Assembly: GCA_023205875.1 (NCBI GenBank)
Contig: CP060759.1
Location: forward strand, 992,001-1,056,000
Length of the DNA: 64,000 nucleotides
Source: Chloropicon primus
Taxonomy: Eukaryota
Direction: 5' to 3'
A program made the translations under genes and the position numbers. The notes beneath the pieces were generated by a model. That model made no database searches and was not told the DNA's origin. It was given only the letters and a program-made list of their open reading frames with translations. Shown one piece after another: positions 1-11,337 of this stretch (the stretch's first letter is position 1; each line of letters opens with the position of its first letter).

Positions 1-1780
1 GGCAACCACGACGACCCCGCGGGGGTCGATCAAGTGTCGCCCCTGGACATCCTGTCGTCCAGTAACTTGATCCACTACTACGGGAAGTCCGGCATCGAGG
101 GGGAGGGCATGGGCCGCGTCACGATCAAGCCGGTGCTCCTGGGGAAGGGGAGCACGAAAGTTGCGCTGTACGGCTTGGGGTGGATCAAAGACGAGAGGCT
201 CGCCAAGCTCTTCAGCACCCCGGACGGGGTGAAGTGGCAGACGCCCGAGGAGAACGGGAAGGAAAAGTGGTTCAACATCTTCACCGTGCACCAGAACAGG
301 GTTCACCACAGCCCTAAGATGTGCATCAAGGAGCACCTGTTTTGGGACGGCCTGGACTTGGTGATTTGGGGTCACGAGCACGAGTCCATTCCCACGCCGG
401 TCCAGGGGGAGAGGGACACGAACTACATGATCAGCCAGCTCGGGAGCACGGTGCACACCTCCCTGACGGAGGGGGAGGCGAAGCAGAAGCACTGCCTGCT
501 GATCAACGTGGAGGGGGACCGCTGGAAGTCTGAGCCGATCCCGCTCAGGGCAGTGAGGCCTTTCATATTCGACAAGATTCTGCTCAGCCAGGAGCTGCCT
601 TTGGGGAACCGCGACGAAGACTTTGACCTCGCTTCGGACGTGGAAGTCAGGTCCAGGGAGATCGAGAAGGTCATCGAGGAAAAGGTCGAGAGCTTGCTCA
701 CTTGCTTGGCGCAAGACGGGGACGAGTCGCTCAAGGAAAAGCTGCCGCTCGTCAGGCTCAAGGTCGATTACTCGGGGTTCACGACGATAAACACGCAGAG
801 GTTTGGGCAAAAATTCGTGGGGAGGGTCGCGAATCCAAACGACATCGTCACTTTTGTCAAGAAGAACAAGGACGCCAGGGAGGATCCCGGGGCTAAGCTC
901 AACCAAAGCTCGGGCAGAGGGAAGTTCATCCCGGATGCCCAGGAGCAGGACTGCATCGACCAGCTCATTGCGGACAACTTGAGCTCTGATCTGGAATTCC
1001 TCAAAGTCAAGGACCTGAACCAGGCTCTGCACGAGTTTGTCGAGAAGGACGAAGCCAAGGCTTTCCACGAGTGCATCGAGAAGGCGGTGGACGATGCGAC
1101 GGTGAAGGGGGCCAACGGCACCACGAGCGCCCAGCACAATGACCTGGTCGACGATCTCCTGGGAGACTTCGCGGTGGACATGGATGACGAGGAGGAGGAC
1201 GAGGGCAAGAAGAAGGCAGCGAAAAAGGGCAAGGGGAAAAAGAAAACGACTTGGGACAGCGACAGCGACGAGGAATGGACCCAGAGAAAGCCTGCAAAAA
1301 AGGCTGCGGCTGCAAGGAAACCAAAGCTGGGTGGAAGTGCCACCAAGAGGCAGAAGACCATGCAAGACTTCACTCAGGGTTCTCAACAGCCGGGGAGGAA
1401 GTCCCAGCGGTCTCTCCCCCTGAGCTTATCCCAGAGGAGTAATGCTGCCTCCCAGCGGAGCAGCAGATCTGCAAAGAAGCAAAAAACTCAGGAGGAGGAC
1501 CCCGTGGACTCCCAGGACTCTCAGGTAATCCGGACACAAGTTTCATCATCATCCGCATCCGTTTCCATTCGACTGACTTCTCTCGCGCGTGTCTGCGGGC
1601 GTTGCGGCATCGGCTTGATTGCAGGACTCACTGGACTTCTTGACCCCCGCCGGGGGAGGGGAAGTTTCAAAGAACATCACCAGGGGCGGGAACTTCTTCC
1701 AGCGGTCCAGGTCCAAACAGAATCAAGGCACCCAAGGACGCACCAGGTCCTTGCCCAGATCGTGGGGCAAGGCCCTGTAA
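1..1780 (+). CDS. MRE11: Double-strand break repair nuclease MRE11 (5'-truncated by window; intron 1525-1624)
   Basis: Window starts in-frame with GNHDDP. Also VHQNR, VIWGHEHE, LPLVRLKVDY and RFGQKFVGRVANP. A phase-0 GT..AG intron with a CTGAC branch point gives the C-terminus ...RSLPRSWGKAL* with TAA at 1778-1780 inside TGTAA. Confidence 0.93.
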
Positions 1781-1985
1781 ATTTTTTTTCTGCAATGTAT
1801 CTCAAAGGAGAGAAGCAAGTGCCAAGCAAAATGACGTGACAAGGCAAACTGGTCATGCCATGCAATCACCCAGCATCTCTTCCACCTCCTCCCTCCCTCT
1901 CTTCTCCCTCTCTCTCCCTCAAATCTTAAGGCTCCTGTTTAGTTGGGTTGGGATCGGGTGAGAAAAATCCTCCGAGGAGAGGGCG

Positions 1986-4349
1986 ATGGCGACGACCACC
2001 AGCGCAGCAGCGAACGTGGCCCAGACGTGGGAGAGGAAGGGGGAGGCGCCGCTGAGCACGCAGCAGCAGGAGGTGTTAGACTTGCTCTCGCAGCCATGCT
2101 CTCGGTACCCGTTCACCTCCGGCTCGCGCGACGACAAGCAGGTAGGAAAGCCGGACTCCTCCGCCTCGACCACGGCCCGTGCCTCTGAGGCAGCAGGCGG
2201 TGGAACAACCCTCGAGGAGAAGATAGCGGCGAGCGAGACGCAGGTTTTCTCGTCCTCCGAAGAGTTCTACAAATGGTTCGCGGACGTGGAGACGATGTAC
2301 CTGTCCGTGTCGGAGAGAAAGTACGCCGAGTACGCGGAAAACCTAAAGGGTCACTCGGCCTCCCTTGCCCGCATAGTGAAGCAGATCGACGACGCCCTCG
2401 CTCAGTACGACAACTTGAAGCTGGAGCAACTGAAGGTGAGGTCGAAGACGCAGTCTGTTCAGGCGCAATGCAAGCGCCTGTCTCGGGAAAGGGAGCAGCT
2501 GGAGGAATTTGCGAGTGCTGTGAAATCGAAGCTGGACTTCTTCGATGAGCTGCAGAGGATAGGGGACCAGCTGAACTCCCGGCAGCAAGAGGGAAGCGCG
2601 GAGGACTACATCGATTCGTTGGGAAAGATAGACGACTGCATTGCGTACTTGGCGTCGAACACCCAGTACGTGGACTCGAGCTCGTACTTGACAAAGTACA
2701 GGACCTTGCAGCACAAGGCCCTGGGATCGGTGCGGCAATTTGTTTGCACTGCCTTCAGCAAGGCGACCGAGGAGGTCCAGGGCGCGCAAGAGAGAAGCAA
2801 GGCCGAGGCCGAGGCCGGGAACAAAGCATCGTCCAGCAGCACCGGGATTGAGTCCGCCCTGTTGTACGTGAAGTTCAAGGCAGCAGTGCCCGACTTGCAG
2901 AAAATCATCGGCGCCATTCAGGTGAGGCTGAACAGGCAGGACTACGCTCGACTGATGCACGACATCCAGAGGTTTTACAGCGAGAAGAGGGTCGAGATTT
3001 TGAGCGAGGCGGTCGAGGAGCACCTCGTGAATTACCAGAGCTCCAACGAGCTCCCCATGCTTCTCAGGCTGGGCTGCGCCTACCTCATACAAGTGACGCA
3101 GATGGAGTACCAGCTCTACAGGTACTTCTTCCCCTCCTTCGATCCAGAGGCGCTTAAGCTCGTGATCACGCCGCTTTGCACGATCCTTTACGAGATCGTG
3201 CGTCCCTATTTCATCGCCATGTACGACGTGTCTGGCTTGTGCGGAATCGTCAACATCCTTAAGACGGAGATCATTGAAGAGCAGTTTTCGGGACCAAAGG
3301 GAGAGTCGCTTGCTGCGATGAGGCCGGTGATCGAGGAGATCCTCGCGGACGTGCAGGAGCGCTTGGTGTACTCCATGCAGCACTACATTAGGGACGAGAT
3401 CGCATATTATGCTCCAACCCAGGAAGACTTGCAAGTCGACACGATGGCCAAGGGGAAGGAGGGGGACAGGGAGAACGGCGACGGGGAGACTCCAGGGGAG
3501 GCAAAGGACGGGGAGAAGGACCAGGAGGAGGGCCCCTCAAATTTGTACCCCGCCGTTCAAAACACGCTCCTCTGCCTGGTGAAAACGTACGGCTGCCTGG
3601 AGCTGCAGACTTTTGGCGGCCTGGCCCAGGAAGCCATCCAGTACTGCACTGATTCGTGCATTGTCGCGAGCCAGGAGATCGCAAAGTCGACCGGCCTTCT
3701 GAACAGCCAGCTTTTCCTGATCAAGAACCTCCTGGCTTTGAGAGAGCAGCTCAGCCTTTTCGACGTCGACTTCGGGTCCGACGAGACGGAGCTGGATTTC
3801 TCTCACATGAGGGACCACATGCGGAGAATTCTGCGCGGGGAGTCGTCGCTCTTTGCTTTGGGGTCCTCGAACGCCGTCTTCCAGCTCCTTGGGAACGCCA
3901 GGCCGAGAATTAACAAGATGAGGCTCGACAGCAAGAAAGAGCTCGAGAAGAGGCTCAAGACGTGCTGCGAGTCTTACATCATGGGAGTCACGAAGCTGTC
4001 GGTGGACCCCATGCTCTCCTTCATCACCAAGGTGACGGCCACGAGGGTGGCGAGCTCCAGGAAGGCTCTGAAGGACCACGCCTTTGCCACGCCCTCCAAG
4101 CTCACAGAGATCGTCAAGACAGTCAACGAAGCCCTGGAGGGGACCCTCCCGGAAGCGATCACCAAGATGAGGAGGTACCTCGACAACCCCAACACGCACT
4201 CCGTGCTGATGAAGCCGATCAAGAGCAACATCGCGGAGGCCCACGGGCAGATCGCCCACCTGCTGGAGTCGGAGTACGACGCAGAGACAATAGAGATGGT
4301 GCCCCTCATGGAGCCAGCCAAGCTGCAAGGGCTGATGGAGGGCTTCTGA
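1986..4349 (+). CDS. COG3: Conserved oligomeric Golgi complex subunit 3 (Sec34)
   Basis: 787-aa single-exon helical ORF with COG3-type motifs FYKWF..E, ILADVQERLVY, YPAVQNTL, QLFLIKNLLALREQ and LMKPIKSNIAEAH. Confidence 0.88.
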   Translation: MATTTSAAANVAQTWERKGEAPLSTQQQEVLDLLSQPCSRYPFTSGSRDDKQVGKPDSSASTTARASEAAGGGTTLEEKIAASETQVFSSSEEFYKWFADVETMYLSVSERKYAEYAENLKGHSASLARIVKQIDDALAQYDNLKLEQLKVRSKTQSVQAQCKRLSREREQLEEFASAVKSKLDFFDELQRIGDQLNSRQQEGSAEDYIDSLGKIDDCIAYLASNTQYVDSSSYLTKYRTLQHKALGSVRQFVCTAFSKATEEVQGAQERSKAEAEAGNKASSSSTGIESALLYVKFKAAVPDLQKIIGAIQVRLNRQDYARLMHDIQRFYSEKRVEILSEAVEEHLVNYQSSNELPMLLRLGCAYLIQVTQMEYQLYRYFFPSFDPEALKLVITPLCTILYEIVRPYFIAMYDVSGLCGIVNILKTEIIEEQFSGPKGESLAAMRPVIEEILADVQERLVYSMQHYIRDEIAYYAPTQEDLQVDTMAKGKEGDRENGDGETPGEAKDGEKDQEEGPSNLYPAVQNTLLCLVKTYGCLELQTFGGLAQEAIQYCTDSCIVASQEIAKSTGLLNSQLFLIKNLLALREQLSLFDVDFGSDETELDFSHMRDHMRRILRGESSLFALGSSNAVFQLLGNARPRINKMRLDSKKELEKRLKTCCESYIMGVTKLSVDPMLSFITKVTATRVASSRKALKDHAFATPSKLTEIVKTVNEALEGTLPEAITKMRRYLDNPNTHSVLMKPIKSNIAEAHGQIAHLLESEYDAETIEMVPLMEPAKLQGLMEGF

Positions 4350-4415
4350 AGGGGAGGCGCTCGGGGGGTAATTTATTATTATCGTACAACAAGAGAAAAA
4401 AATAGTAAACAAAAC

Positions 4416-5549
4416 TCACAAAGTCACGTCCCTGACAAAGTCCTTGATCAAGGGGTTCACGAGCTGTGGGGCCTCGTCCATGGGGCAGTGTCCCACTCCG
4501 GACAGGGGCACAAAGTTTCTCACGGTGTCAAAACTCGCGTACTCCCTCCTCCCGACATCGATGCTCTCCCAGGGATCCGCTTCCCCCCATATGAGCTCGA
4601 CGGGGCACGGCATCTGTGGGATGAGCTCCTCGGGCAACGGGCCGCCGCTGTACGATATGAAATCCAGAAAAACTTCCACGGCCCCCGGCTGAAGACCCGG
4701 GTTGAGAACGCAGCTCACCAGCTCGTCGGAGACCGTCGTCGCGTCGCAGTACGCTTCCTTGAGGATGTTTTGAATGGCTTTGGGCTGCGCCACCTGGGAG
4801 AAGAAGAGCTCTCCGACGGGAGTCTCCCTGAGAAAGTCTTGGAAAAGCTTGACGAAAGGTCTCGCGAACCACGCTTGCTTCTTGACGTGCAGCAGCCTGA
4901 GGGACGGGTTCAAGAGAGCGATCCCCTTGTAGCTCCACACCGCCTTGCTCTCCTCGCTCCTCCCCTTCCAATTGGCGATGGCTTGGAGCCCCGCGCAGCT
5001 CCCGACGCTGTTCGCGACGAGCACGGTGTCCGGGCACTGGCCTCCCTCGGCGTGCACGACCTCGTCCAAGAAGGCGTTGATCTGGTCGGCCCAAGTGTAA
5101 AAGTTGTAGATGGCGTTCGGCTCGCCGTACTCCTTGGGGTTGGGCTTGCTCGAAAACCCGTAGCCCAGGAGATCCAGGGAGTAGACCCTGTAATCTTTGG
5201 ACAGGGGCCCAATGTTTTTCCTCCAGTGGTCGCAGTTCCCGCCGAACCCGTGGATGAGCACGACGGCGGGCTTGCCCCTGTTCTCCTGGGTCAACCCCGC
5301 CCTCTGGTACCGCACGCTCAGGCGGCCCCACTGCCAAAGGTCCTGCTTCACGCCCTCCCCGAGCTCGTACGGCAGGGGCGGGAGGGATGCAACCGAAACC
5401 TCCGACGGGGAGGAGGCCGAGAACCGGCGAAGCTCTCGCCCGCGGTGCCCCCCCCAGCACCGCGAGTGCGACCCAAGACACCGCCCCCCGAAAGACCCTC
5501 CCTTGCCCCCCCTCCCCAGGACGAGGCCTCTTCCCCCCTTCAGCGCCAT
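4416..5549 (-). CDS. Plastid-targeted alpha/beta-fold hydrolase (pheophytinase-like family)
   Basis: VLIHGFGG, DLLGYGFSSKP, ANSVG nucleophile elbow, WGEADPW and GHCPMDEAP. R/G/S-rich N-terminal transit peptide. Confidence 0.85.
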   Translation of the reverse strand: MALKGGRGLVLGRGGKGGSFGGRCLGSHSRCWGGHRGRELRRFSASSPSEVSVASLPPLPYELGEGVKQDLWQWGRLSVRYQRAGLTQENRGKPAVVLIHGFGGNCDHWRKNIGPLSKDYRVYSLDLLGYGFSSKPNPKEYGEPNAIYNFYTWADQINAFLDEVVHAEGGQCPDTVLVANSVGSCAGLQAIANWKGRSEESKAVWSYKGIALLNPSLRLLHVKKQAWFARPFVKLFQDFLRETPVGELFFSQVAQPKAIQNILKEAYCDATTVSDELVSCVLNPGLQPGAVEVFLDFISYSGGPLPEELIPQMPCPVELIWGEADPWESIDVGRREYASFDTVRNFVPLSGVGHCPMDEAPQLVNPLIKDFVRDVTL

Positions 5550-5988
5550 TGCGGTGGTGAGGCCTCAAGCTCGAGCCGATCGATCGAGGTCACCTCTCCA
5601 ATATTGCACAACAACAAAGACGACGACGACGACGACAACGACGATGCCTTCGCACTCCCCTCTCTCCAAACAAAGCTTCGCCTGCTCCTCCAGTGAGTCT
5701 GTGGCCAAAACGCCTCGATCACGTGCGCGGGGGAGATCGCGATCGAGAATCCTGTGGTGGGCGAAGGAGCACGGCGTTTGTGGGAGCTTTGGGAAGGGTT
5801 CGAGGGCGCGAGGGGGGTCGAGAGGGGTTGGAATCGAGTCAGAACGACGCGTTGTCGCAAGGGCTTTCGGAAGGTGGGTCCCTCGACGCGTTCGACGACA
5901 ATTGCGAAGAGGGGCGTCCTGTGGGGGACGAGAGTGGTTCGAGGCGTGGTCGTGCGAGGGTTTTAGGGGGGTGCGAGAGCGGCGAGGG

Positions 5989-8142
5989 ATGGTCGCGAGT
6001 CCGGCGGTGAGCAGGAGGATGGCCGGAGGAGGGGAATGCTCCCTCCAGGTGGCGTGCGGGAGAGGGGATGGAGGGGCCAGGAGGCTGGGCCGGAGGAGGG
6101 GAGGCAGAGCGAGGCGCGGCCGCGCGGGGAGGACGGTTCCGGCGGTGTCGTCCCCCCTGAGTTCGTTCCTCGAGTCGTCCTCGTCCGGCGGGAGGAGGAG
6201 GACGGGCTGGGCGCCGGGACTGACGGACCTCCCCTCGAAGGAGTCGCTCCGGGAGTACATCAAGGGAAGCGGGGGCCCCCCGAGGGTGTTCTCCCCCCTC
6301 CCGCCGAACCACAGAGACAGGAAGCCGGAGGACCTGCCGCTCCTGATCGTTCTCCCGGGAATCGACGGGACCGGGTACACGGCGGCGGCGCAGTTCCCGG
6401 CGCTGAGCGAGCGGTTCGACCTGAAGACCTTCCTGATTCCCGTGGACGACAGGACGCCGCTGGACGGCCTGGTGCAGATCCTCCGAGAGTACATCGAGCT
6501 GGAGGTGGCGAGGTCCGCGGAGGACCGGCCCATTTACATCATGGGCGAGAGCTTCGGGGGGATGCTGGCCTTGCTCCTGGCGGAGTCGTGCGGCCACCTC
6601 TGCTTGAACCGGGTCGTCCTGGTGAACCCCGCGACGAGCTTTGGAAACTCCATCTGGGCTTCCATGGGCGACGTCCTGCCGCAGCTCCCGCCGCAGGCCT
6701 ACGACGCGCTGCCCTTCGCCATCTCCCCCCTGCTGGGGAACCCCCTGGGCCTCGCGAGGAGGAGAGTCGACGAGGACCAGCCCCTGGCCAGCCAAGCGGT
6801 GCAGACCATCGAGAGCTTGTTCGACCTTTTGCCCGTCCTGGACCAGCTGAAGGACATTTTGCCGCCCCAGACGCTCAAGTGGAAGCTGGACCTGCTGCAG
6901 GAGGGCGCCAAGAGGGTGGACGACGCCCTGTTGTCGAGGCTGGAGCAGAGAGTCCTGGTCATTGCCGGGGACGCGGACCTGCTCATCCCATCGAAGGACG
7001 AGTCCGAGAGGCTCAAGAGGAACCTGAGGACGTGCTCGGTCAAGGTGGTGGAGGGCGCAGGCCACGCGCTACTGCAGGAGGCTGGGGTCGACGTGAACGA
7101 CATCTTTGACGAGATGGGATTTTACACCACAAGCCTCAAGTACACCTCGCCGAAGCCAGTCAAGCGGGTGATCAAGAGCAACGGCCACGGGGGCCACGGG
7201 TTGGAGAACGGGGCCAAGAAGAAGGACATCATGCTGTCCATCGACAACGCCAAGTCCATGGAGCTGCCGACCCTTGGCGAGCTGTCAAAAGTCTGCGACG
7301 ACATTGGCCTGACTCGAGCGAAGACCTTGGTGAGCCCGGTGTTCTTCAGCACCAGCAGCGACAACGAGGTGGTGAGAGGGCTGGAGCACTTGCCCAAGGG
7401 CCGACCTTTGATCATCGTCAGCAACCACCAGACCCTTGCCCTGGACCTCGGGTTCCTGATCTCGGGGCTCTTGGAGGAAGGGGGGATCCTGGCCCGAGGC
7501 CTTGCCCACCCGAGCCTCTTCCAGGAGGAGAGCACGACCAACGCGGGGATGAGGGGCATCTTCACCAACTTTGGCGCGGTCCCGGTGACTCCAAGGAACA
7601 TGTTCAAGCTCCTGAAGAACGAGGAGGTGGTCCTGCTGTTCCCCGGGGGCGCCAGCGAGGCGCTCAAGGGGAAGGGCGAGGACTACCAGCTTTTCTGGCC
7701 CGAGGAGCAGGAGTTCGTCAGAATCGCGGCAAGGTTCAACGCCACCATTGTGACGCTCTCGGGCGTCGGGATCGACGATTCCCTGGACATCCTGGCGAGC
7801 AGCAAAGAGATTCTCGACTTCCCGGTGGTCGGGGACTTCTTCAAGCGAAGCATCGAGAACGTGAAGACCGTGAGGGAGGGCGAGACCTTGGTCTTCCCCC
7901 TCACGGCGCCGCGGGCGATCAACCGCTTGTACTTCAAGTTCGGGCAGCCCATCCACGTGTCCAAGGACATGATGAACGACAAGGACAGGTGCGAGGAGGT
8001 GTACCATGAAGCCAAGCGGAGGCTGGAGGACGGGCTGATGTACCTCCAGAAGAACAGGGAGAGGGACCCTTACCGGGACTTGATTCCGAGGGTGCTGTAC
8101 GAGCGGAACACGGGCGAGAAGGCCCCGACCTTCATCGACTGA
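5989..8142 (+). CDS. Esterase/lipase/thioesterase-acyltransferase (phytyl ester synthase/ELT-like)
   Basis: Hydrolase domain (LPGIDGTG, GESFGG, NPATSF) followed by a DGAT2-like acyltransferase domain (SNHQT, LLFPGGASEA). Start placed at ATG 5989 or 6019; the 981-aa ORF extends into UTR. Confidence 0.85.
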   Translation: MVASPAVSRRMAGGGECSLQVACGRGDGGARRLGRRRGGRARRGRAGRTVPAVSSPLSSFLESSSSGGRRRTGWAPGLTDLPSKESLREYIKGSGGPPRVFSPLPPNHRDRKPEDLPLLIVLPGIDGTGYTAAAQFPALSERFDLKTFLIPVDDRTPLDGLVQILREYIELEVARSAEDRPIYIMGESFGGMLALLLAESCGHLCLNRVVLVNPATSFGNSIWASMGDVLPQLPPQAYDALPFAISPLLGNPLGLARRRVDEDQPLASQAVQTIESLFDLLPVLDQLKDILPPQTLKWKLDLLQEGAKRVDDALLSRLEQRVLVIAGDADLLIPSKDESERLKRNLRTCSVKVVEGAGHALLQEAGVDVNDIFDEMGFYTTSLKYTSPKPVKRVIKSNGHGGHGLENGAKKKDIMLSIDNAKSMELPTLGELSKVCDDIGLTRAKTLVSPVFFSTSSDNEVVRGLEHLPKGRPLIIVSNHQTLALDLGFLISGLLEEGGILARGLAHPSLFQEESTTNAGMRGIFTNFGAVPVTPRNMFKLLKNEEVVLLFPGGASEALKGKGEDYQLFWPEEQEFVRIAARFNATIVTLSGVGIDDSLDILASSKEILDFPVVGDFFKRSIENVKTVREGETLVFPLTAPRAINRLYFKFGQPIHVSKDMMNDKDRCEEVYHEAKRRLEDGLMYLQKNRERDPYRDLIPRVLYERNTGEKAPTFID

Positions 8143-8376
8143 AGAAGAGATCGATGATGGTGATGACGTGGACGTCCAGACAGGGGAAGGGAAATCAGAG
8201 AGAGACAGAGAAGAAAAGTTTTTGTTGTTGTAATAGACGAAGCTTCTTTTCCGACAAGAGAGGGGGCCCAAGAAAAGTGAAATAAGAATGAATAAAAGTT
8301 TGCGTTTTTCTTTTTTATTTTCCGAGTAGTAGCAGTAGCCTGGGAAGACACTTGAAGACTCGAGCTCCTCGCCGCT

Positions 8377-10320
8377 TTACATTTTCGAGGAGTCTCCCAA
8401 CTTTCCGACGCAGGCCTCGGCAGGCAAGTACTTTTTCAGCACGTTAGGGGCGTGGAGCATCTCGAACTCCTCGGTGGCGTCCCTTCCGGCGTACACGAGG
8501 ATGGCCTTCTTTCCACCAGGGTGGTCGTCCAGGAAGTCGGTGACGTCGTAGACCTTTCCTCCGAGAATGACCCAGCAGTCATCAGCCTTGTTGTGCTTGG
8601 CGACCTGCTCAGCGGAGATGACTCCGGTTCCAGCGGTTCCAGCGCCAGCCATGGAGTTGCCCTTAGCGGAGTGAGAGGCGCTCTGGAGGCTGCCTCCCTT
8701 CTCGAGGGTGTTGAGGGCAAAGTCGAGAAGATCCCTAGTGGCGGTGGCTCCGGCGACTCTTCCGAAGACGACGCAGTCCAACAAGGAGTTTCCTCCGAGC
8801 CTGTTCCTTCCGTGAACGCCTCCGGCGACCTCTCCGGCGGCATACAGTCCCTGGATGCTGTCACCAGACTCCTGACAGACCCTGGCGTCGGTGTCGATCT
8901 TGAGTCCTCCCATGCAGTAGTGGATGACAGGGGTGACCTGGGCGACGTGGAAGCTGTCGTTGACGCCGTAAGGGACGTTGGGGAAGAACTTCTTGCCGAA
9001 TCCGTCTGGGTGTCCCTTTCCGGCGTCAGCGTTGTACTTGTTGAAGGTATCGCTGAGCTTGGAGGTAGAGATGCCCATCTCCTGGCAGAGCTCCTTGCCC
9101 GTGAGGGCCTTCATGACGCCCCTTCCCTTGTAGTGCTTGCAGTGCCACTCGATCTCCTTGGAGGCCTTGCCGTTGAGGATCAGCCTGAATGGCCCGTGGC
9201 CCTTGTTCATGCAGTCGGTGACGTAGTCCCTGGTTCCGAGCTCGTTGCAGAATCTGTTTCCGTTGGCGTCGATCAGGATGCCCCCGACACCCCTGAGGGC
9301 CTCGGCGGCCAAGAACTTGACCTTGGCGTTAGGCTCGGCGGGGTGCACGAGTCCGGTGGGGTGGACCTGAACCCTGTCAATGTCGACGGTGGCTCCGGAG
9401 ACCTGCTGGGCCATCTTGATCCCGTCACCGGTGCAGTGCTCTCCGTTGGTGGTGGAGAGGTGCTGGATGTCAGGCCTGACCTTGACGAGGATCGAGTCCG
9501 GGTCGAAGTCGGCGCCGAATCCTCCGGTGGCGATGATGACGGGCCCGAAGAGCTTCTCCCTCTGACCGCCCTTCTTCTCGTACTCCAAGCCGACGACCTT
9601 GCCGCTGGAGTCCTTCAAGAGCTGCTTGGCGTTAGCCTTGGTGATGATCCTAGCCTTCTCGCCCTTGGTCTTCTCCTCGATCTCCTCGAGGGCCTCCATC
9701 ATGGTGTAGGTGATGGTGAACCCAGGGAACTTCTCCTTGCCTCTGTGGGTCCTGGCGAAGGAGTGGCCTCCCATGAGGGCGAGCTTGCTCAGGTCGAGCT
9801 CGAACCTCTCCATGAGCCAATCGACAGCTGGTCCGCTGCCGTAGGCCAGGACGTGGGCCAGGGGCTTGGTGTGCTCAGGGGGCGTCGAGTGGTCCAAGCC
9901 GCAAGCGGCCTTCAAGATATCCTTCTCAAAGGTCATTGGGCTGTCGTGAATGTTCTGGGACACCTGGGCCTTGGTCAAGGTTCCGCTGATTCCGGATGTG
10001 GCCTTCGTGCTGTTTCCTCCCAAAAACGCCATCTTGTCCACCAAAGTCACGCGCCCGCCGTTCTCGATGACGGTGTGAGCCGCGGACAGACCCGCAAGGC
10101 CGCCTGGTAGCGAGAGTGCCGATGGAGCGCGGGAGGGGAAGAAGGGGTCAGCATACGGCGAAGGCCGGAACGGGGACGGGGTCGAGGGCAGCGCCGATCC
10201 GCGCTCCGAAAGATGGAGGAGGTCCAGGCCTGGGCCTCCGTGACGGCCCGTGACGTCATTCGAAACTCGAGTTCAAGGAAAAAAGGACTCACCTCCAATG
10301 ATGATAACTCTCGTTGACAT
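8377..10320 (-). CDS. Soluble flavocytochrome-c-type fumarate reductase fused to C-terminal cytochrome b5 (exons 10320-10293, 10103-8377)
   Basis: Spliced N-terminus MSTRVIIIGGGLAGLSAA (FAD GxGxxG). Also GGNSTKATSGI, QVHPTG, EALRGVGG, HYCMGG and HGRNRLGGNSL. Cyt b5 motif KVYDVTDFLDDHPGG...FEMLH. Confidence 0.9.
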
Positions 10321-10968
10321 GGTCTCGCAAACTGTTCTTCGATCCCTCTCCTGCTTCCGGAGCGAGAGCACGCGAGCCGCGGAGCCAAGCACAGAGAGAG
10401 AGGAGAAGGAGAAGGAGAAGGAACCCACCGTTTTTTGGAGGAGTGAAAGAAGAACTTCGAGTCAGTCCAAGGCGCGTCAAACGTCGCGTCGGCCGCGGTT
10501 TCGCGCGCCCGAGGCCTCTTTCGAAAGGGGACGACAAGGCGCGTGCCGAGGTCTCTCCGAGACGTCGTTCGACCCCTCGCGACCGGCCGCACCAACCCCC
10601 GCAACCGCCGACGTACCTTTATGTCTGCGCACGTCTCTGCGTCTCTCCCTTTTTTCTGGGCTGGTTTTTCTCTCCAAAATCGGAAAGCGGCGCTCGGCCT
10701 CCTCCCCTTCGAGAGTAGATTTCCCCTCTTGGAGCGCAGCGCACGGACGTGTTTGAAAGAAATATCTGAAAGGGGCGATGACCTGGCGGGGCCTTTTCAT
10801 TTTTCTTATCTCCGGGAGCCGACGAGGAGGAGGCCAAGGGGCGGGCGTTTTTTGGAGTCCAAAGTAACGGCAGGGGTCCTCGGTGCTTGAAGGAAGGCCG
10901 TCGACAAGCACGAGCGTCTCTCTCTGTCTGTTTCTTAAGGTTGGCGGTGTGGAGAGGTTCGGCTTACG

Positions 10969-11226
10969 ATGGGGGGCGAGGGCGAGGGGCCGAAGCTGCC
11001 GAAGCTGGACCTGACCAAGGTGGAGAAAGGGGGGGCTTGTGGCTCGCCGCCAGCGCCCGGTTCTGAGGCGCCCCTCGTCGTGACCGCCCGGGAGAGGGAC
11101 GAGGCCGTGGAGAGGCTCCGGGAGGCTGGGTTCTTCCAGCCGAAGCGGGGCGAGGGCGAGGAAGCCAGGTCCTCCCTCGACGAGAAAGAGTTGGCCAAGC
11201 TCCACAGCTTGATGATGTCCGAGTGA
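10969..11226 (+). CDS. Small hypothetical protein (85 aa)
   Basis: ATG-initiated ORF with host-like GC-rich third positions, downstream of a pyrimidine-rich acceptor (~10939) and followed by an A-rich 3' region. No family recognised. Confidence 0.5.
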   Translation: MGGEGEGPKLPKLDLTKVEKGGACGSPPAPGSEAPLVVTARERDEAVERLREAGFFQPKRGEGEEARSSLDEKELAKLHSLMMSE

Positions 11227-11337
11227 CAAAAAAAACACAAACGCACACACTTTAGCCTAAAATAAAAAAGGTGCCGCACTGGCTCGTATCCATCCATCCA
11301 CGCGTTCCGAAAGAAAATTACCAATCCATTCCTGGGA

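Noticed and set aside
1525..1839. ORF-track C-terminus of MRE11 running to 1839
   Set aside because: It reads through an intron (1525-1624); the spliced form ends at 1780.
5197..5988. N-terminal extensions in the ORF track (also 16739-17038, 47554-47988, 51644-52174, 53340-53591, 60002-60361, 62615-62935)
   Set aside because: Low-complexity UTR or promoter sequence, or overlap with neighbouring genes. The track uses non-ATG or far-upstream starts.
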